NCBI RefSeq assembly: GCF_009914755.1
Contig: NC_060942.1
From: the human T2T-CHM13v2.0 reference genome, Homo sapiens
DNA: 64,000 nucleotides
Strand: one strand, 5' to 3'
In this document: positions 57,901 through 64,000 of the stretch, piece by piece
How the letters are laid out: each line of letters starts with the position of its first letter
How positions within the stretch are numbered: position 1 is the stretch's first letter
The notes under the pieces: model-generated
Database searches by the model: none
Seen by the model: the letters and a program-made list of their open reading frames with translations, nothing else
Told to the model about the DNA's origin: nothing
Translations under genes and position numbers: made by a program

Positions 57901-58896
57901 GACTAGCCCAGCTTCTAACAGCCCCCAGTTTTTGGCTTGATCCTCAGACAACGCTTGTTAAAGGGTGGTGGGGGCGGGTGGGGGATAGTGACTGAAGAGG
58001 CTGTATTTATTGGGAGTGTATAGAAAATCCCATGACATAGTTTTTGCAAGGACTTCCAGCTTTCTCTTAGTATAAATGGTTAACCCTTTCATCTCCATTT
58101 GTATCTCCAGTGCAGGTCTGCTGGTGTCACTAGAGAGGAAGGAGACCGCAAGAAGACAGTGGCCGGGGGGATCTAGGAGATGGAAAGGGTCCTGAAAAAT
58201 TCTAATCTGGATAATCTCTGGATACTGGACAATGAAGCCCAGGTGTGCTCTAAAAAAATGGAGCAAAATTTGGTCCAACTCATGCCAATTGTGTTCAACA
58301 GTTTATAGGATAAGTAGATCCTTTCAGGCTGTCATAGTTCAAGCTCTTGGAATGACCAGTAATATATACTTAAACATATGACAAAACTTAAGGGAAAAGA
58401 GGGCCCAAGGCATGCAGGGGAACTGAGCATAAAGGCCATTGTATTTCATGTATGACTTGACTGTGTTTCAGTAAAGCAATTTTAGCTCTAAACGGCATGT
58501 TTCCTTTCTTCTTTATTAGGAATTTCTTCAGAATTACCTTCTGAAGGGTAATTTCACCCCTAGTACTTTCTTCCACTGAGTAGCATTTCAGCCGTATTGT
58601 GCAAACCCAGAGGTTGCGCAGAGATCTCAGTAACACTTGGTATGTCACTAATGGCCAAAAACTGGCAGCCTGTGGTTTTGGAATCCTGCAACTCATACTT
58701 GAATCTGTGATGGATGTTTATGACTGTTGGAATGTGTCTTCAATCATCACAGAAATGCCTGAGCACATGGCTGTCGGTTATGCAATGGAAGGCGTGACTG
58801 GCTGTTTTAAAGATGCGCATGTGTGCCACTATTTATTATTGTTCTGGTAACATTTACTATTTTGGAGGGTGTGCTGTTGTTTCAAGAAATAACAAT

Positions 58897-58915
58897 TTGT
58901 GTGTGTGTGTGTGTG
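58897..58915. repeat. Short (TG)n
   Basis: Read directly. Confidence 0.8.
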
Positions 58916-60073
58916 TTTTAAGAAGTAGCCTAAACCTTCTTTCCCTGAATTTTGGAGCAAAGCAGCATCTGGGAACATATGGTCCAGCTTCCTGAAAAGT
59001 AAACTTTCCTTCTTCATTTTGTGAAGATGCATTCTGTATCCCTAGTGAAACTACAACTAGATCAGTGAAGGAACTTTTTTCTTCTTTGTGACTTACCCAC
59101 ATGGAAACACCAATCTCATAACAGCATGAGAAGGCAAGGGTGGAGTGGAAGGTAGACTTTGTCTTCCATGTGAATGTGTTCTGATCAAAACCCAGCTATT
59201 CTCACCAATACGCCTCCTATGTTCTTTTTGGTACTATCTGCATTCGGAGGCTTGTACAACCTTCTTAGTATTTAGGAATATAAAATCAGTTATTCATGAG
59301 TGAAGTCAAATATTTTTATTTGCATTATAGTTCTTCAGATCTGTTGCCATTCGTCCTGGCTGGTCTTTTAAATAATTCCTCTGTAAAATCTCCAGTAACT
59401 GCCACTAAAGAAAATGCAGTTACCATTGGCTTCCTGACAGGGATTCAACCCGTATTCCAAGGGAAACAGACCAGGATTTCAAAAGGCCAATTGCAAGAAT
59501 GTTACAGCCAAGGCTTCTCAGTTGCCTGTGAAAGTATAATTATTATCATCAGAAAAGATCCTTCTAATTGTCACCAAGGACTTGTCCTTAGTGCTCAGCG
59601 ACTGCCTCGGACTAGAAGCGTTGAGGTGTAACAGGGAGGGCCAGTGTTCTGGCCTTTGATTCACAATGCATCCTCCTGGTATCCCAACGTTTTTGCTTAC
59701 AAAGTTGGGTTATCATCCCTTGGAGATACTTTAATACCTTAGAGGGAGTATAATCAAAAATTTGCTTTAGTATAGTTCTTGGGGACATGGTACTGGGTAC
59801 AATGTATTGAGGCTTCATAGCAGGCTTCAAGCCCTCTCTCTTCAGGGTTCAAGGACAGAAAGGCTGAACACACTGGCCACGCTACATGATGATCTGAAAC
59901 TTGGCGGACCTGAGAGGGCCTGAAAGGGACATAGGGCTTCTGGAGGAGTTGACATGTGGGTCCAACAAGGGCCTCCACTTTAAGACAGCAGAAAACGTGA
60001 TATACTTTAAGGCACTAACCTTCAGAACTCCTTCCAGGCTTGTGTGATTCCACAATTCTATTCTACTTAGCAT

Positions 60074-60464
60074 TGTTATCGGTTGAGGGTAGTTGTCTAG
60101 GTTCTTGGTGTTTTGAACAAAGAATTGGACAAAACACAGAAGCAAAGCAGCCAAAGCAGAGATTTTTGTGAAATGAGAGTTCACTCCACAAGGTGGGACC
60201 TGGCCCAAGCAAGAGACTCAGGAGCACTGGTTACAGAATTTTCTGGGGTTTATATACCCTCTAGAGGTTTCCCGTTGGTTCCTCTATTGGCCTACAACCA
60301 GTCTGACTGGCTGAAGAGTAGGCCCATGACCAGTCTGGTTGTGGGAGGGGACCAATCAGAGGTACTTTCATTTTCCAAATGCCACGCAGAAAAAGGAGGG
60401 GTTGAAAAGGGAGTTGCCTCAGCAACTCAGGTTTCCTGCCTCCAGACCCTATTCTCCTGCCTCA
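60074..60464 (-). mobile_element. MER51-family ERV1 solo LTR
   Basis: Minus strand begins TGAGGCAGGAGAATAGGGTCTGGAGGCAGG and ends GATAACA. Near-perfect 4-bp TSD gcat / gcac. Confidence 0.8.
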
Positions 60465-62562
60465 GCACCACGCCCTAGCAGAAGGTGGCAGAGTAAAACG
60501 GCAACACAACAGTATGAAAGAGGGTACTTTTAATAGTTAAGCATGGCCGGATGACACAAAGGCTGACCAGAGTGTGGGGAGGTGGGGACGTCTCTTGGCT
60601 CCTCTGCTGCACCTGGGAAATCTAGCAGAGATCTAAAGATCCAGAAATCTTCCCTTGTGAAGTGTTTCACCTTCACCTAACAAAAGGTCTTTGCAGTAGC
60701 TGAATTAGAGTTATCGCTACTGCTGCGAAAGTTTGTTCCTTGCTTTCAGACTCGTGTGGGTCTTGGTGGGTCAGCAGGAGTGTGCACACAAGCAGGAAGT
60801 ACATAAAATTGGGCATGAAGTGATTAGAAGCCATGGCCTGAGTTACCACTTTGGGGAAGGGTCTGAAGCGTCTCTCAGGAAGAGTCAGTGTCCCTGTTCC
60901 TGACAATGAGCCATCCACAGCCACTTCTCCTTCAAGGGTTAAGTCACCGTGCCCTTCAAAAGGGGTTTTCAACTTCCTGGCTGTAGTCTTAGCCTCAGAA
61001 GAATGCTAATCCTACTGAGAGGACTTTTCAATACTCAGTTCTTAAGGACTAGACTTCAGAACCAAAGACTAAGAGCTATGTATGGCCAGCGTATTAAGGA
61101 TCCCAAAGTAAGAAGTGCAAACCGGCTCAAGTGGGACAGGATCATGATACAAAGGACTTAGCCTCTGGCTATGGCTGAGTCCTCAGTGAGACAGAACTGG
61201 CAACATATTTCAGGACCTACATGATTTTCTCCATGGTTTGTTACATGTACACATGAACACAAATTGTATAGAGTTCTTACCATTGGGTGTGTTTTCAATC
61301 ACCCAAGTTATCCTTTTGTTGTCTTCAAAGTCTCTGGGTTTGGAAAAAAAGAAAGAAAGAAAACCCTTGCAGGTGTCATTATAAATATATGAACTGGGTA
61401 AACAGTAGGTCATTAGGAAAGACAAGATTCTAATGCCTAGAGTGGGAAAATCTAGGGCAGCAGCACCCATTTGCTCCTCTTCACCCCACAGAATACAGAC
61501 AGCCTGGGTATGCTCACACTAACACTACACATTGTTATTCACGACAGAAGAGCGTGTGAGACAACGTGTGTTTTGCTGGTGGCTTGTTTTCCTTTCAGTG
61601 ACCCATGGCTCTCTATCTTTTTGAAAGACAGCTTTAACTGAAGACACATCCTTCTTATTTCTTTTGAGAATTTCTAAAAGATAAATGGAATTGGTTATTA
61701 AAGCTGTACCTCCATTAGGTAACCTAAGTGCAGAGTTGAGGAAATGGTCCTAATTGGGTAAAAGTAAGAGAAAAGTTATCTTTTCAAATCTAAAATGTCT
61801 ACACTATCTCCATAGCCAATTTTGCCAGGTCACTGGGCAGCCTCAGATTCACCTGAAGGCAAGTCAACGTGGAAGAGGGATGTCTTGCCATTTGTTCTCA
61901 TACCTATGGCACAAACAAAGGATTGGAAGAGGCTTTCTTCTGCTGCTCTGGAATTGGAAGAACTCCAATATATAACCCTGGGCATCTTCCTTTTTCCCCA
62001 AATGTATTCCTGGTTGGTTGGGTTATGTATTTATCTTCTTTAAGGTAAAATGAAGATAGCAAAAACCATCAGAAAATTAAGCATGAAATGGAAATTCTGA
62101 TGCCATTATCTTCACACACCATGTCGCCGATGTGCGAGTATAATATAGGAATGAAAGCATTGCTAGATGAACTTCAGTGACTTCTTTTGATCTCTTGAAA
62201 TCTGTTTATTCTCTTGAACTGAAATAATTCCTGTGGCTTGGTTTGTTTATTAGCAATTGTTTTTCAAAGTTTGGGAAAATGTGGTTTAAAAAAAAAGCAA
62301 ATGGTAAGAGTATCATTCCTCTGCCTGCTATTTGCAAGACACTAAAATGAACTAAAATTTACTTGAAAACACAGAATTCCAAAATGCTGTTTCCTATGTT
62401 TAAAGGTATTATCAGTGTGGCAGCAATTTATGGGGAACTAGCTTATGATGTTGTAAGCCGCGGCTTTTTTTACCAAGTCATGAACTTGTGTTACTGAATA
62501 AAGCAAAATATTCAAAAGACAGGATGGAGTCACACATGAATTTAAAGTGGGACGAAGGGTGG

Positions 62563-63623
62563 TGTTGTGGGAAGTTAGGGACCCCAAACGGAGGGACCAG
62601 CTGGAGCCGTGGCAGAGGAACATAAATTGTGAAGATTTCATTTTAATATGGACATTTATCAGTTCCCAAATAATACCTTTATAATTTCTTATGCCTGTCT
62701 TTACTTTAATCTCTTAATCCTGTTATCTTCATAAGCTGAGGATGTACGTCACCTCAAGACCACTGTGATAATTGTGTTAACTGTACAAATTGATTGTAAA
62801 ACACGTATGTTTGAACAATATGAAATCAGTGCACCTTGAAAAAGAACAGAATAACAGCGATTTTTAGGGAACAAGGCAAGACAACCATAAGGTCTGACTG
62901 CCTGCGGGGTTGGGCAAAAAGAGCCTTATTTTTCTTCTTGCAGAGAGCCTATAAATGCTAAATTCTTTTCCTAGCAAGGAATATTAATATTAATACCCTG
63001 GGAAAGGAATGCATTCCTGGGGGGAGGTCTATAAACAGCTGCTCTGGGAATGTCTGTATGATGCGGTTGAGATAAGGACTGAGATGTGCCCTGGTCTCCT
63101 GCAGTACCCTCAGGCTTACTAGGGTTGGGAAACTCCACCCTGGTAAATTTGTGGTCAGACAAGTTCTCTGTCTCAAACCCTGTTTTCTGTTATTTAAGAT
63201 GTTTATCAAGACAATACGTGCACCGCTGAACATAGACCCTTATTAGTAGCTCTGCTTTTGCCCTTTGCCCTGTGACCTTTGTTGGACCCTTATGAATAGT
63301 TCTGCTTTTGCCCTTTGTCCTGTTCCCTCAGAAGCATGTGATCTTTGTTAGATGCTTATTAGTTCTGCTTTTTGCCCTTTGAAGCGTGTGATCTTTGTAC
63401 CTACTCCCTGTTCTTACAGCCCCTCCCCTTTTGAAACCCTTAATAAAAACTTGCTGGTCTGAGACTCAGGCGGGCATCACAATCCTACCGATATGTGATG
63501 TCACCGCCAGTGGCCCAGCTGCAAAATTCCTCTCTTTGTACTGTCTCTCTTTATTTCTCAGCCGGCTGACACTTATAGAAAATAGAACCTACGTTGAAAT
63601 ATTGGGGGCAGGTTCCCCCAGTA
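62563..63623 (+). mobile_element. MER11 (MER11C-like) ERVK/HERV-K11 solo LTR
   Basis: tgttgtgggaagttagggacccc...ggttcccccagta, 1061 bp. 6-bp TSD GGGTGG at 62557-62562 and 63624-63629. AATAAA near 63442. Confidence 0.9.
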
Positions 63624-63869
63624 GGGTGGGGCTGTATAAGCTGAATGAAAAATCAGCTGCTCCAACACAGGTATTTCAATCACGCTGATCCATTCATGGC
63701 CATATGGCTGGTGGTCAACACAAATAAGTTATAGGTATGCAACAGTGGAGAGACTTCTGACTTACCTTCCCATCTCTCTCTCACCCCATCCCAACATTTT
63801 CTCTTCTGGTCATACCCATGGGGCTTCTGGCCTTTTCACCTGGCCTGCCGTTCATCTGCTTGCCCACTG

Positions 63870-64000
63870 TGTCAGAGGCATGTGAATCAGAGCAATTCCC
63901 TCTTGAAAAGGGCTGGGTAAAATGAGGCTGAGACCTACTGGGCTGCATTCCTGACGGTTAAGGACTTCTAAGTCACAGGATGAGATAAGAGGTCAGCACA
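63870..64000 (+). mobile_element. MER41 ERV1 LTR, 5' part (runs off window)
   Basis: tgtcagaggc...gggctgggtaaaatgaggctgagacctactgggctgcattcc...taagtcacaggatgagata. Confidence 0.85.

Overview
Human genomic DNA lying inside COLEC12 (collectin-12 / CL-P1 / SRCL / SCARA4, chr18p11.32), which is transcribed on the minus strand. I can place three coding exons with canonical AG/GT boundaries. 15480-15602 (123 bp) encodes the cytoplasmic stub and transmembrane helix, 6144-6242 (99 bp) is absent from the ORF track, and 4374-5420 (1047 bp) encodes the coiled coil. All three are phase 1-1 and splice into one frame (exons 3-5 by my recollection of the gene model). The rest is intron filled with mammalian and primate repeats: Alus and monomers, L1 fragments, L2, L3, MIR, MaLR/ERV LTRs and DNA transposons. 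Nearly all other ORFs in the track are chance or Alu-derived. I see no CRISPR array, RNA gene or new multi-gene system. The best leads are (i) stop-free, in-frame potential circRNAs flanked by inverted Alus, (ii) a candidate intronic poly(A) site just past the large exon, (iii) a young ACG/A L1 with a split tail and no TSD, and (iv) an inverted MER1B/MER1A pair nested in Tigger3a next to the TM exon. Repeat subfamily names come from remembered consensus sequences, not from a RepeatMasker run.
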